Positions 25,382 through 38,100 of a stretch of 64,000 nt of DNA are shown piece by piece; position 1 is the first letter of the stretch, and every line of letters begins with the position of its first letter. This DNA comes from Balanoglossus misakiensis (Eukaryota; Animalia; Hemichordata): the NCBI GenBank assembly GCA_040954595.2, contig CM082576.2, forward strand, positions 3,384,760-3,448,759. Direction: 5' to 3'. The notes beneath the pieces were generated by a model. It saw only the letters and a program-made list of their open reading frames with translations, ran no database searches and was not told where the DNA came from. The translations under genes and the position numbers were made by a program.

Positions 25382-27847
25382 TCATTCTTCCATTCCAACC
25401 AATTTTGCGCTCAGTTTCCAGAGTTTCTTGGCAGTTTCGTCATCCTTCGCTTGAGGTGCCGGTTCTTTTGGTGCGCAGTCACTGCAACATAATTGAAAAC
25501 AAAAATTAGAATCAATGAGGCTACACTTCTATTAGTATTACTCTTCTTCTACACTCTGGCTATTAGTTTTTTTTTTTTTTTACCTGAAGTACACTCCAGT
25601 CACGTCTCTGAGATCCTCTTCCACAGCCAAATGAATGGAAGTCTGGGCTCCGTCCACTGGGTTCTTCAGATAGATAAGTGATACCGGAGCCATGGCATAT
25701 ATGAAGAGGAGGAGCAGTTTGTTGAAATGTCGACCCAGCTCTGTCTTCACAACTCCCGGGTGCAATGAATTTGCCGTGACCCCTGTGCCTGTGATAAAAG
25801 AATTTTGGTACAAATTTTGATGGATGACAAATTACTGTATACATGCAAAATGAGGTGTGGGGTTGATTGATGTTTCACTAAAAAAACCCCACCTGGGGTC
25901 ATCCCATGATGCTTTGTTGCTAGTGCATTGTGTATGCAATAAAGCCATTCGTTTGGAATTTTTAAGTAAACAAACATGTACTAGTTATCTATTGGAGTAT
26001 ATCACAAAACAATCAATCTATGATTGACAGATAATCTAGTACTTTATCGGAGCATATCACTAATCAATTAATATATGAATGACAGATACTTGAAATGCAC
26101 ATGTATGTCTTTAGGAACATGTTCTTCTTGCCATGCTATTCAGCAATACCATGGTCACATTATAAAACATCTCATAACCAGCTATGACAGCCATCACTTG
26201 GATTAATATAAGTTCTTGGAATCATAACAAAAGTCAACTGATGATACATTACCTTCTAATTTTCTGCTCAACTCTCTTGTAAACATCACATTAGCAAGTT
26301 TGCTCTGTGAATATGCAGCCATTTTGCCATAGCTCCTTTCACTGTTGATGTCATCAAGGTTTATTTTCCCTCTTTTGTGTGCCCCTGAAGACACGTTGAT
26401 TATTCTGCTCGGCGAAGACTTCTTCAGCAGGTCCAGCAACAAATTGGTCAACAGGAAGTGACCTTGGTGGTGGAAAAATAATTTATGCATGACAAAAATA
26501 AGCGCAAACCTAGTGTAAGAAAGCGTGTGAGAAATTATCTGACAAGATGTCTAGGGATAGCTGTTATCAACATGAAAATGACAAAGTCCAAACTGAATCT
26601 TAATCATTTATTATTTAATCACTTTAATACCTAGGTAGCAAAAACCTATGTAGGTGATTGATTTGCCCCCCCCCCCTCCCAAGTCTCAAATCCACCCTGC
26701 GCCTTACCTAGGTGATTCACCCCAAACTGCATCTCAAATCCATCCTGTGTCTTCATGTAAGGGCAACACATCACCCCAGCGTTGTTTATGAGGATGTCAA
26801 GTCTTGATTCCTCTGTAGCAGAAAAAACAAAAACATTTTCAGACCAAAACGTCAATCAGTGTGTGTGCAGGGGGTGCCACTGTATGCATAATGTCTGTGA
26901 ACTACTTGACAATGCATATGTGCAATGAAAAATTGTCCACTATAAATGTGAGAGGGGCACCTTTCAGTATCTCCTCAGCAAAGGTCCTTATTGATTGCAG
27001 TGACGCGAGATCCAGTTTCTTGGTGAGAACATTTTCATTCTTTGAACTCTGTTTGACCTCTTCCATAGCGTTCTGTGCTTTTTCCATGTCTCGACAAGCC
27101 ATTATTACCCTGGCACCTGAATACAGAGTGGAAGGAATCATAAATACCTGGGGGTACATCTAAGTATGACCAAGTTCACATTCCTAGGACCCTGCAAACC
27201 TAATATCAAAGCACTAGCATGAGAAGTTTCTGACGAATATATTAAAAAAAAATCAAAATTGCCAAAATAACAATATATTGATACTACACACTGTATCTGA
27301 GAACCAAAATTAACAAAAAATTGCCAAAGAAATAGTTTTGACACATATTATGAGGAGACCCCTGGGATCTTGTGAGATAAATTTAAAATCAATCAGTAAA
27401 ATAGGAAGTTCAAATATTGCCACTTAAAGAGATTAAAATGCATGCATGCATGCATGCAATTACCTCTTGCTGCTAGATCCTTGGCTGTTTCTTTGCCAAT
27501 TCCTGTATTAGCACCAGTGATGATAACAGTCTTCCCATCAAGCCTTGCTTTACTGGTACATACACCGCCTTTGAAATATTTCCTACAAAATAATGTCATC
27601 AGATCTATTCAAACATCCGTAGAATGATAGAAGTTTATTACCCTTATATTTTCTATCAACAGACAAGATTTTTGCACACAAAAGTATCAGGGTAAAGTAT
27701 CAGTTTGCAATTTTACGGATCCATAAATTCACTCATAAAGTAGCCCTACTATGTGAATATGTTCATGTTGTGCGCAACTCACCTGACGTAATAAAGTCCT
27801 CCAATAGTTCCAACCACGGCGGCAGCTGATACAGCCACAGTTGCCAT
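25382..27847 (-). CDS. Retinol dehydrogenase 11/12/13/14-like SDR, paralog B, about 319 aa; exons 27847-27783, 27582-27464, 27116-26961, 26812-26708, 26462-26253, 25788-25584, 25481-25382
   Basis: Has [27 protein letters not shown] and LHPGVVKT. Exon sizes 119/156/105/210 are identical to paralog A. In frame (960 nt). Confidence 0.93.
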
Positions 27848-29238
27848 TATCTTCACACTTTTTACTTCGATCTATAACTAGTTTCCCCTCAGTTTCCAGG
27901 CCAACGAGGGAAGCGATAAGCCGTGAGACGGATGTGGGCGGGGCAGGGTACAACACGTTAGTGTTCCGGGAGAAACTGATTCGGGTTGGTTATGTAAAAA
28001 AATAAGAGTGTGGTGGACACTACCACTAGATGACTTGACCAGTATAGCTTGACGATGTCCAAATATCTCGAAACCAACTGTTGCGGATGCTAGCTGTGTC
28101 TGGAGGATAGCTCGGACCTTCGTGCTGGTGACGAGCAAATCTGACCCCTATTGACCCCGAACATACCATTATCAAATGGGGTTGTCGACGGTAACCAAGG
28201 ACGGATTTCATAGTTTATTCACCATTTTCAGCTCCCGTACGCGTGTTCAAACTCAGGAGCTGCGAAATTTTGTTTATGTGGTGGGCATGGTTAAAATCGA
28301 ACAACCTATATACATGTATCAGTCATGGGAGGGGGGGGGGGGGGTCACCACTTTTCCATGTAATGATTGGGGGGGGGGGGCGCTAAGTCACTTGGTGATA
28401 TTGACAAAATAGAACCCACCATCCCAGGTTGAAACTGATCAGTCCCTACTATAAACTGCAAATTGCAAATTTGCTCAAACATTAAAAGGGGTACAATACA
28501 CGCATACCACAGAGCTGGGACTGGTGTGCTGTAGTGAGCTCCAAAATGTTTTTGATCCATGTTTAATTTGACATTATTACAATTCAAAGGAATGTTTAAT
28601 AGAGTACCGGTAGAAGCTATTTTAGTACTTTGCATAACGGTTTCAATAATTTTTATGTTCATGAGCTTCTAATTGCATTTTCTTATTTGGGATGTGGGAA
28701 ACAACAAAGCATACCCCCCTCTCATCATAAAAAAACTAACTAGTCCCTATGTCACAACTGAGGTCAAACTTCGAATATACATGGCCACAATATGTGGTAG
28801 GTCCTGGTGGTAGGTACCCACACTCTCCAAACTAGAGTTATTTTGCATTCACTAAGATGAGCTTCCCTTGTGTGGGGTTTTATCCTGTGCCATTGAACTT
28901 AAGTGAGTTATATTTAGACAAGCAATGAAGCATGATTGCTGCAGATCTGCAGCCCTACCACTCCCTGCATATATCATACTTTAGTCTATGCATAAGGACA
29001 CTTAGGGCATGAACAGGGGGTAGGCTATATTGCACCTGGGGGGGGGGGGGTCATCATTTTTTTTAATGCAAGAGTTTGAATGGGCGTTTGACTTCATGCA
29101 TGAATGAGGGGATCAGGGTCACTAGTTTTTGAGCAAGAATGGATGAATATTGCAATATATGAAAATTGAGCAAGTTTACAGCTTATTTCACACCTGTAAA
29201 TGATTCATATCTGTAAATGTTTCTTTATTTGCCAGAAA

Positions 29239-31707
29239 ATGACGGAAGATCCTGAGATTTCTGTGTTCGCTGCTGTTGTAGTAGGGTTCCTTGGACTACT
29301 TTATATTGTGAGGTAGGATTTATACACTTGTTATGGTTGTTTGGTTATTATCCTAAAAATATGTTGGTTAATCTGCATGGTACATTAAAAAGGAAGGTTC
29401 AGCACTGCTGATTTTACATATATAGTGAACTAGCATATAACTCACACAAATTTGTACAAAGTTGCATTCTGAGCTTTATTTACTTAATGCATTTTAATTG
29501 ATTCATGGAAAGGAGCATCAAGCTTCAAAACACCGTACTTAAAGGCAATAAAATACATATATAGCTGACATTATTTTGCAGGAACTATTTCAAAGGCGGT
29601 GTATGTACCAGTAAAGCAAGGCTTGATGGGAAGACTGTGGTCATCACTGGTGCCAATACAGGAATTGGCAAAGAAACAGCCAAGGATCTAGCAGCAAGAG
29701 GTATATATGTCGTATCTGCTTTGTGCAGACTAGAGCTATGTGTGGCAGATTTGGATTACAGTTTTTTAAAATCCAATATGGGATATCACGCATTTAAAAA
29801 AAATAACCCCTCTCCACAATTTTAAAGGGGTTTAAAAGTTTTTTTTTATCCCACTTTGCTACCTTTACGGCAGGTGCCCGTGTGATACTCGGCTGCAGAG
29901 ACTTAGAGAAAGCCAAGGTCGCTGCTGAAGAAATTCGGCAACACACTGGAAATAGCAATGTGATCGTAAAGAAGCTAAATCTTGCGTCTTTACAGTCTGT
30001 AAGAGAATTTGTGGAGGAATTAAAGAAGGGTAAAGTGATAAAATACTTCATTGAATATCATTATCATAGACTGGAATGAACGGGCTGGTATGAAGTTTTC
30101 TTCCCGGAGTATTGACACCATACTTGTCTTAATGAAACCATATCTACATGTATCTTGCAAAACACACCCTTATTTTTTCTTTTTTCATGCAGAAGAGACT
30201 CATCTGGAGATCCTAATTAATAATGCTGGTGTGTTTTTCTGCCCATACTCCAAAACAAATGATGGATATGAAATGCACTTTGCAGTCAACCATCTTGGTA
30301 AGATGTTATTGTTAGTATAACCAGATGTGCACTGAATATGTACATGCCATGGTGGGACTATTATATTTAAAGAAATCACAAATTTCAAATGACATATAAA
30401 TCATTTTAGCATATATTTATATTTATCCCTCATGTCAAAAATTCTACTATTATCACTATGAATTTAAACCCTCATCTTTGTATAAAAAACTGATAGAATA
30501 TCATCTCTCTCCATTTTCACGTCTCCTCTTCTTGTTATTGTACCTTTTGTCATCACTTTTTTTTTGACAGGTCACTTTCTTCTGACGGTTTTGCTTCTGG
30601 ATTTGCTGAAGAGATCTGCTCCAAGTCGGATTGTGATTGTGTCAGCCCGTCTACATGTTGCTGGCAAAATCAACTTTGAAGACATCAACAGCGAGAAGAA
30701 GTACAGTAGGTTGGGTGCATACTGCAATAGCAAACTTGCAAACCTATTGTTTGCCAGACAACTACATAAGCAATTATCAGGTACATGTGTGTATATACAT
30801 ATAATACATTTACTTTAATAGAGTAACAATCACTTCTCTGCATTATATTAGCAGATAAAGATATAACTTATGAGGTTCATGTTTTATATTTTTAATGACA
30901 AATTTATGGTAATGTTTTTCATTTCATAGAAGTAAATTGTGTATCCTCTGAAATTTTTTTTAGCATTTTTTAAAATGCACTCGTTTGGTAAATGTTGATT
31001 ACATTGTTGTCTTTTCATTATTTCAGGTACGAATGTTACCATCAATTGCCTACATCCCGGTGTAATAAACAGTGGACTTGGCCGTCACATTCCGGGATTA
31101 AGAATCCTACAGGTCGTGACTGCCCCTCTTCACTGGTTATTTCTGAAGACACTGGAGGGTGGTGCACAAACAACCATACACTGTGCCGTAGCGGAGGAGC
31201 TGGAAAATGTTTCTGGGCTTTACTTCAGGTGTGTTGGAATTCAGAAGTCAGTATCTTCCCCTTTGTACTGTACAGTAATGTTTGATTTTGAAAATCAACA
31301 CGAGAAATCATCACAAGAATGTTCCAAGATGGCAATTATGGACAGAGTGAGGACTGTACAGTGGCCCCTAGTACCAAAGATAATTTATTATTTTGAAATC
31401 TAAGCACTTATTTTTCTAGACAATACTTATTTACAAGATTTTATTTTCCCCAAAACAAGCTAAGGTTTTGGTAGACACACATCTGTAATTTTGGTGGGCA
31501 GTGACACCTGTTGCCCAAAAAAGGATGGCAATATGTTCATAGAAAACTTATGTTGGAGACTAACGCTCTAAAAGTGACAGGTTTTTTTTCATTTTCAGTG
31601 ACTGTGCTCCTGTTGCAACTTCCGCTGCAGCTGGAGATGACGACGTAGCCCGCAGACTCTGGGATCTCAGCTGTGAAATGTCTGGTGTAGAAGTCAAAAG
31701 TCAGTGA
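29239..31707 (+). CDS. Retinol dehydrogenase 11/12/13/14-like SDR, paralog C, about 324 aa; exons 29239-29312, 29582-29700, 29874-30029, 30193-30297, 30571-30780, 31027-31228, 31599-31707
   Basis: Has [27 protein letters not shown] and LHPGVINS, with the same exon sizes as A and B. In frame (975 nt). An acceptor just before the ATG implies an upstream non-coding exon. It is divergent from paralog B. Confidence 0.92.
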
Positions 31708-32090
31708 ACAGGGGCCAAAGTACAACAGAAGATAACTATTCACCTTTGGATGTTCTGATCAACACAGATGTTAGATGTGTGACATACGCTAATATTAATT
31801 TGGTTTGAATAAAGTTCATGTTTATAAGTCGATTGTATGCAATCAAAGAAAAATAAACAGCTATTTGGTTTAAGGGGTCCTTTTAAAGGAATCATTTAGA
31901 AAAGTATCTGTAATTTCTGGTTTTGAGTATTATTGACATGGTTGTTTAATATAATGTGTATAGCAATCGTTGCAATATTTCATCCATTGACCTGGGCGAG
32001 CTTCGTTTAGATAATTTTGAAGGATATTCATGTATAAGTATTAGTTTTTTGCGAGCACAGAAAAGTTCAAAACGAGACTGAACTGACCGC

Positions 32091-32125
32091 CAGGTCACGG
32101 GTCACCTGATCACTTGTCACATGAC
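32091..32125 (+). promoter_or_regulatory. Cluster of CLEAR/M-box-like (MiT/TFE) motifs
   Basis: GGTCACGG, GTCACCTGAT (32101-32110) and GTCACATGAC (32116-32125; GTCATGTGAC on the minus strand) lie 12-45 bp before the Rab ATG. Confidence 0.5.
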
Positions 32126-32137
32126 AGATTTGAAATC

Positions 32138-35100
32138 ATGGCTGCTCGTGGTTCACCGTACGCGTCCACTGCTGCAGGTCCAAATGTGCAAGAGCATTTA
32201 TATAAGATTTTGGTCATTGGAGAATTCGGAGTTGGTAAGTACATTGCAGCATTGCAGTGATTGTCAAAAGCATTCATTGTTATTACATGCGCATGAGTTT
32301 AGCGAGATCGTACAAACATACTTGTGTTGTGTGTACATTCTGTCACAGTCCCTCAAGTCCCTCTTGAGGGACTGTGATTCTGTTTTGAAATTGACGAATT
32401 CTCACCGGTTTCCAATGAGTTGACATGAGGCATGAAAATAACCGAGTTAGGCATTTCGTAACTAGCAAAGTTTTTTGGTGCATGAATATTTTGGCATTAT
32501 GCGTGGTGGTGTTTTCCTTGACTGCTTTGTCAATAATAATAACAAATTGGGGGTCAGGTCGTCTATTGTGCTGGGGCCATGTGTCAGTTTCTGAACTCAA
32601 GCCCATCTCTGCTGGGACATTTCCACCATGAGCGTCAAGGATGAAATGTTGATTCTACATTCTACATCAGGTGTGTGACAAATTAAAATCTGGGTTCTCT
32701 CTGTTCTTTATTTCAGGAAAGGTATGTACTTTGCTGGTTGCAGGTTCTGGTACAACGACCCCTGGTCTGACCTCGTTTCATAACAATGGTGCTCATTGTG
32801 AGAGTTCTCCATTTTGCCACATTTGAGGATCAGCAGTCTTGGATATGAAAGTAAAAGTTACTTCAATTGAGAAAATGTCTTAAATTTTTTTGACGTTAAG
32901 TCAGACCACACCCCCAAAAATTGGGAGGTGTGTTTGGAAAGGAATTTTTGATGCTGTTAGCTCTCCCAACATTCTCCTATTACCAAATGACCTAGAATAA
33001 CTGTCTACACATTGTGTTTTGAGGTTATTTGTAACAAAAACAAAGAGACAGATTTAACTACATGTATTATAATAGCTTCAGTAGATGACATAGTACATGT
33101 ATAGGATCCAAGCATCAAAATTTCCTCACCAACTCATATTTCCTGTATTCTCGCATACTGAAATGTTCATTGATTTATATCTCATGACTCTTTTGAACTA
33201 CAAGTATTCCAGGAAATGTGAATGAATTTCCAAATAGTCAGGGACTTTGTGTCTCCCACTTTGAAATGACATTTGCCCACATCCTTCTTTTTCCGTCTCT
33301 GTCATCCTGTTTTCCAAGAATTTGTCCTGCACTAACCATAACAGTTCAAAACCACAACGACATACTACATTATTATATGTGTATGAAAGTGGACAAAGGC
33401 GACCTTGTTAATTTCCATAATGCGAAGGCCAAAGCCACAATCTTTATACCAGTAATGTTCTGAACTAATGTGGTTGATTTTTAAAAAGTAATATGTTTTT
33501 TTTTTAATTCTGTCAGACATCTATTATACGAAGGTACACAGAAGGTAAGATGAAATACAATCTTTAATGCTAGATTAAAGTAACATAACAAAGTATATGG
33601 TTGATCTCACAGTGCACACTTGTGGAGAACCCATTGAACAAGCCCACATGAAATGAGTTATTTAATAATGAAACAGAATCTTCAGTGACGTTACTTAGAG
33701 ATGCTTACAAATAATTCTAGAAGTATCCCCAAATGACATAAGCAGGCAAAGATACCCTTGTCACTAAACGCTGATGATGTCAAAGTTCTGTTTGATTGCA
33801 GGTTATTTCTCTCCAAATTACAAGCTGACGATTGGTGTAGACTTTGCATTGAAGTCCATCGATTGGAACGAGACCACAAAAGTGAATCTGCAGCTCTGGT
33901 GAGTGGAAACATCTGAAATAATGCTGTTCTGAAATGGACAGGGTCTGCAGCTTTCAGGGAGGGGAGATCTTTGTAGTTGTCGCCCTGTATGGTACATGCA
34001 TTGAGAATTCCTGAATTGTGGCGTTTCAACAATATTGGGAATGCAGGTACATTTTGTAGGCTTGAAGTGTGAAGGCATCCAACCGGTGCACTACATTTCC
34101 TCCTACATGTACAAGTGCATGTCGTTGTGGAATGAACAATGAACATCATTTTGTCTTGCCCTTCAAAAGTTGCCTGATATGTGAAGTGAAAACACAGTAA
34201 ATGTACACTAAACTTTTTTTTACCCCAGGGATATTGCTGGTCATGAAAGATTTGGTCACATGACAAGAGTATACTACAAATATGCGTAAGTATTCACACT
34301 TGTTCGTGCATATTTTGAAAATTAAAAAAAAAAATATTTTCAGATTATAATGGACATTTGTTTGGTACCACCATTTTCCAAATTCAATTTTTTTCAACTG
34401 CATATACAATGTTCTATTCCTTTTTCCTCTGCACAGGATTGCAGCAATCATTGTCTTCGACCTCTCAAGGTGAGTCCACGTAAACCCTGGAAACAAACAA
34501 GAGGTTGAATGGTTTTAATATCTACCTGCAGAGGGCAGTGTATAGAATGTTCATCAGCATGAAAAAACTTCAGACAAATCTTTCGTGTTCTCCTCCAGAT
34601 GGCAGTATTTCAGTGTAACTCTCATGATATTAGGAATAAGTGCAGTTTTACTGAGTTGTCGTCGGATCACTGGGATTAAAGAAGTCAGGGCAACATCCAG
34701 GTTTAACATTTACGACAGATGTTAGTTTTTTGATAGCACAAGAAATGTATTGTTAATCAGTCTATTCCAGTCTATCTCATGACGGAGGGGTTCTTTTAAT
34801 CAAAATGCTTAGAAAAGTGCTACAGGGAAAGATAAACTGGTTTTGTTTTTCGTCTTACAAAATTGAATGTACTGCACAAAAACCAACATGCATTTTATAT
34901 TTGCTTTCAACAGGCCTGCAACATTTGATTCAGTTTTAAAGGTAAGTAAGCCTCTTTCAGAAAGCTCACTGTGAATGTAAGATCAAAAATATTTAAAAAG
35001 TCGGGCTGTGTGACGCATTGATGGTTTCTGGCTATATAAGGCATATAAAATTTAATATAATGTACCTGTGTTGAATATTGCCGTCTGTCAGGAAGTGAAG

Positions 35101-38100
35101 ATCTGCTTTCCTTGATCTTTAGCCTAGCTTTGGGAAATACAGATTTCTGCCCATTTGACAGTTAAAAAGCTTTCCACTACACCAGAGAGGTTTTATATTA
35201 TTGATGTGAAAATAGCATTTAGGACACAGAGTCAGTGGGCAAATAGAAATGGGGTACTCGAGATATTATAAATTCTACCCCAGTAGTACATAGCTTATTC
35301 TCAACCGGAGTGGGTTATGTATCCTGTAATACTTCTGCAAAATTATTGTGTGGCTACAGAAGAGGGGAAGAATTCATCATTGGCAATGTAAAGCTTGTAA
35401 GTGTTGCATTATTGGTATTGTGATTTCTGTTAAAATATGATGTTTTTGCCTTTTTTTCTAAACTCTGAAAGTTTCTTGCTGAGCAATTATGCAGAGTACA
35501 TCCTGAGCATACACAGATTATATTTCATATCTGTCTCCGTGAGAGTTCTTGTGAATGGTCAGATTCATTTTCCTTTCACTTTAATTTAATGAAATTGGGA
35601 AAAAGAGAATTGCTTAGGGGTTTACCAGAAGACAAATATGAAAATTTCTGCATCAAAAAGATGAAGTTGTGTGCGTCATTAGTAACTCGAGATACAGTGT
35701 ACCATTCTTCATCTTCATCAGGAAATGCGGAGTCAAATATGATATGTGAAATCAGATTACAATCTCTAAAGAAAATTATCCCCCAATTTTTTTGCTGTTT
35801 CAGCCAATAACTCTTTTTCGTGGAACTTCGGGATCTTAGAAATTAAAAAAAGGGGACTGATATCTTTCGGGTGGCATTTGAATTTTATTCTTTCTGAGAA
35901 AAATAAAATGAGAGATAAAATATAGCAGGTCAGGTGAGTTCAGTGGAAAGAATTTTATGACTGAAATAAAAACCACTGTCTGGCGTATTTTTTAATCAGT
36001 AATTCTAAGAATCAACCCCAATTTAGGGGAAGTCCTCGTTATTGTACATACTTCACTCACAATCTCCCTCTACATTTCCCTGAGCATTTTGTAGTTAATG
36101 TTCGTTTTGCATTGAGTTACCTATCAGTACATTTGCCCATAAATAATTGACAGCTACATTTGTTCTGATTATTTATCCTTTAATTCTGCCACGCCTGCGG
36201 GGTCTACTTGCTCTAATCTGCAGGGGCTCAGCACAAAATATGTTGCCTGGCCCCGGGGCATCTTCAATCTCCTAAATGCGGTCTTTCAGTTGCCGAGTAC
36301 GGTGCCGAGAGCAACAACGGGATCCCCCCCGTTCTGGAGTAATCTGCGTAAGCACTTGCCCCTACCTCAGGGGCAAACATCAGTCTTAATTTCTGATCCT
36401 GGGTAACGTACAAAGTACAGGGGGAGTTCAGCTGTGGGTCCCCCCGGGCACAGGCCTCGTTGTGCGTCCCTCACTAAATAAAATATTACTTCAAGAAAGG
36501 AGCGTGTTCCAGAGATTGCATTAAAAGCGTGTCCTGGGGCGAGTTTTACTTCGGAGGAGTGTACCGTGCCAAAAGCATCAATTAACATTTCATACTGTAG
36601 TATTCGGACCCAGAGGGGGTGATCACTGATCTCACTCAGACATTCATCCTCCGAGTTGAATATTATATTCCTGGCAAAAACGACTCGACTGAGTTGCCTG
36701 CAGAAATTCACTGCTCACTGCCCATTTATCTCAATTGCATATTGTCTGGCACTTGGGAAACTTGGATATCGTTTATCCAACCGCGTGCATTTTTTCCATT
36801 TGTATTCACACTCTACCCACTTCCAAAGACTTCAAAAAGTCTTTCACATTTCACCCACGTACAGAAGACGTACCACTTGGCTTTCATTCAGTCGTGCCAG
36901 TGGTATTTTATCCAATTCTTATGCCGCAATATCACATTTTGCAATATTTCTGTTGTTGCAACTCCCGAATACAGTTTTCAAAAAAAAAAAAAAAATCATC
37001 CTGATGAAGTCAGTATAAATTAACCATCAGACCAACAGTTTTCAGGCAACACAGAAATACGATTTTCTGAATATTTAATGAATATAAAGTAAGAAGTGAT
37101 TTTAATTCACTTCCATGAATTTTACGACACTAATTCCAGTATTTGCCTCTGGTGTACTATATCCGTTCATTTTCATCCATTGAATCATTGCGCCTATGCA
37201 TTAACACTGCTTGACCTTTGTCTATGCTTTCCCTTTGTGTGAATGGCTTACTAGTGCAAAGGGCAACGCACACCGCAGTCGTTTTCCAGAATTAGGGGAT
37301 CTCGGCATCATGCCACCAGCTACATCCTGAACTGCTCCACGGTCAATTATCAAAACAGGAATATTTCAAAACTCCTCCCAACCCACGCACGCAGAAGAGG
37401 GTTTCTGATTCATTTCCTGCATGTGACACGAAAGACAAACAGACAGAGTACGATGTTATCCTCGTGAGTGCATCTGACAGATGTCCGTTTCAAGATGCTC
37501 GGCTGTGAAACTGGAGACGGAGTGTAATAGTACACGTGTTAATTTCCTCTGCCGTTTGGAACTTGCAGTCAGTAAATTTAACATGAAGCCACGACGGCAA
37601 ACAAGATAATATGCTGTCTTTAATGTCAAGAGACATTGTCCTGTTCTGTGATGAGAGAAACCCTTTGGGGACATTAGAAGACAGGCTTTCGATATGTTGT
37701 CAGCTTGAGTAAGGACTGATGTTTTTGGGGTATCATGTGATGTCTGTGTTCATGCTGTGTTGGAAAAAATGAGATTAAATGGAATTTGGGGAAATATCTA
37801 TGTATGGGTATATTTGATGTTCTAGATAGATTACTTTTTTCATAAACCTGTTATGTTACCAAATTACGCACTTTTCTGACAATACGGTAGCATCATAGTG
37901 TGAAAGCTGTGTTGATTTCTGATCTGTCAATCAGAGTTAACGCTGTCAGTGTTCTTGATTGAATTGATGGCTCAAATTCAATGCCATACATTTGTCCTTG
38001 TGTCTGATTATTTACTGATTGAGAAGCTGAGGAGCGATTCTATAATTCAGAAGTAATTTGAAGCTTATGAGTGATGTATCATCAATTGTAGATTCTTGGT

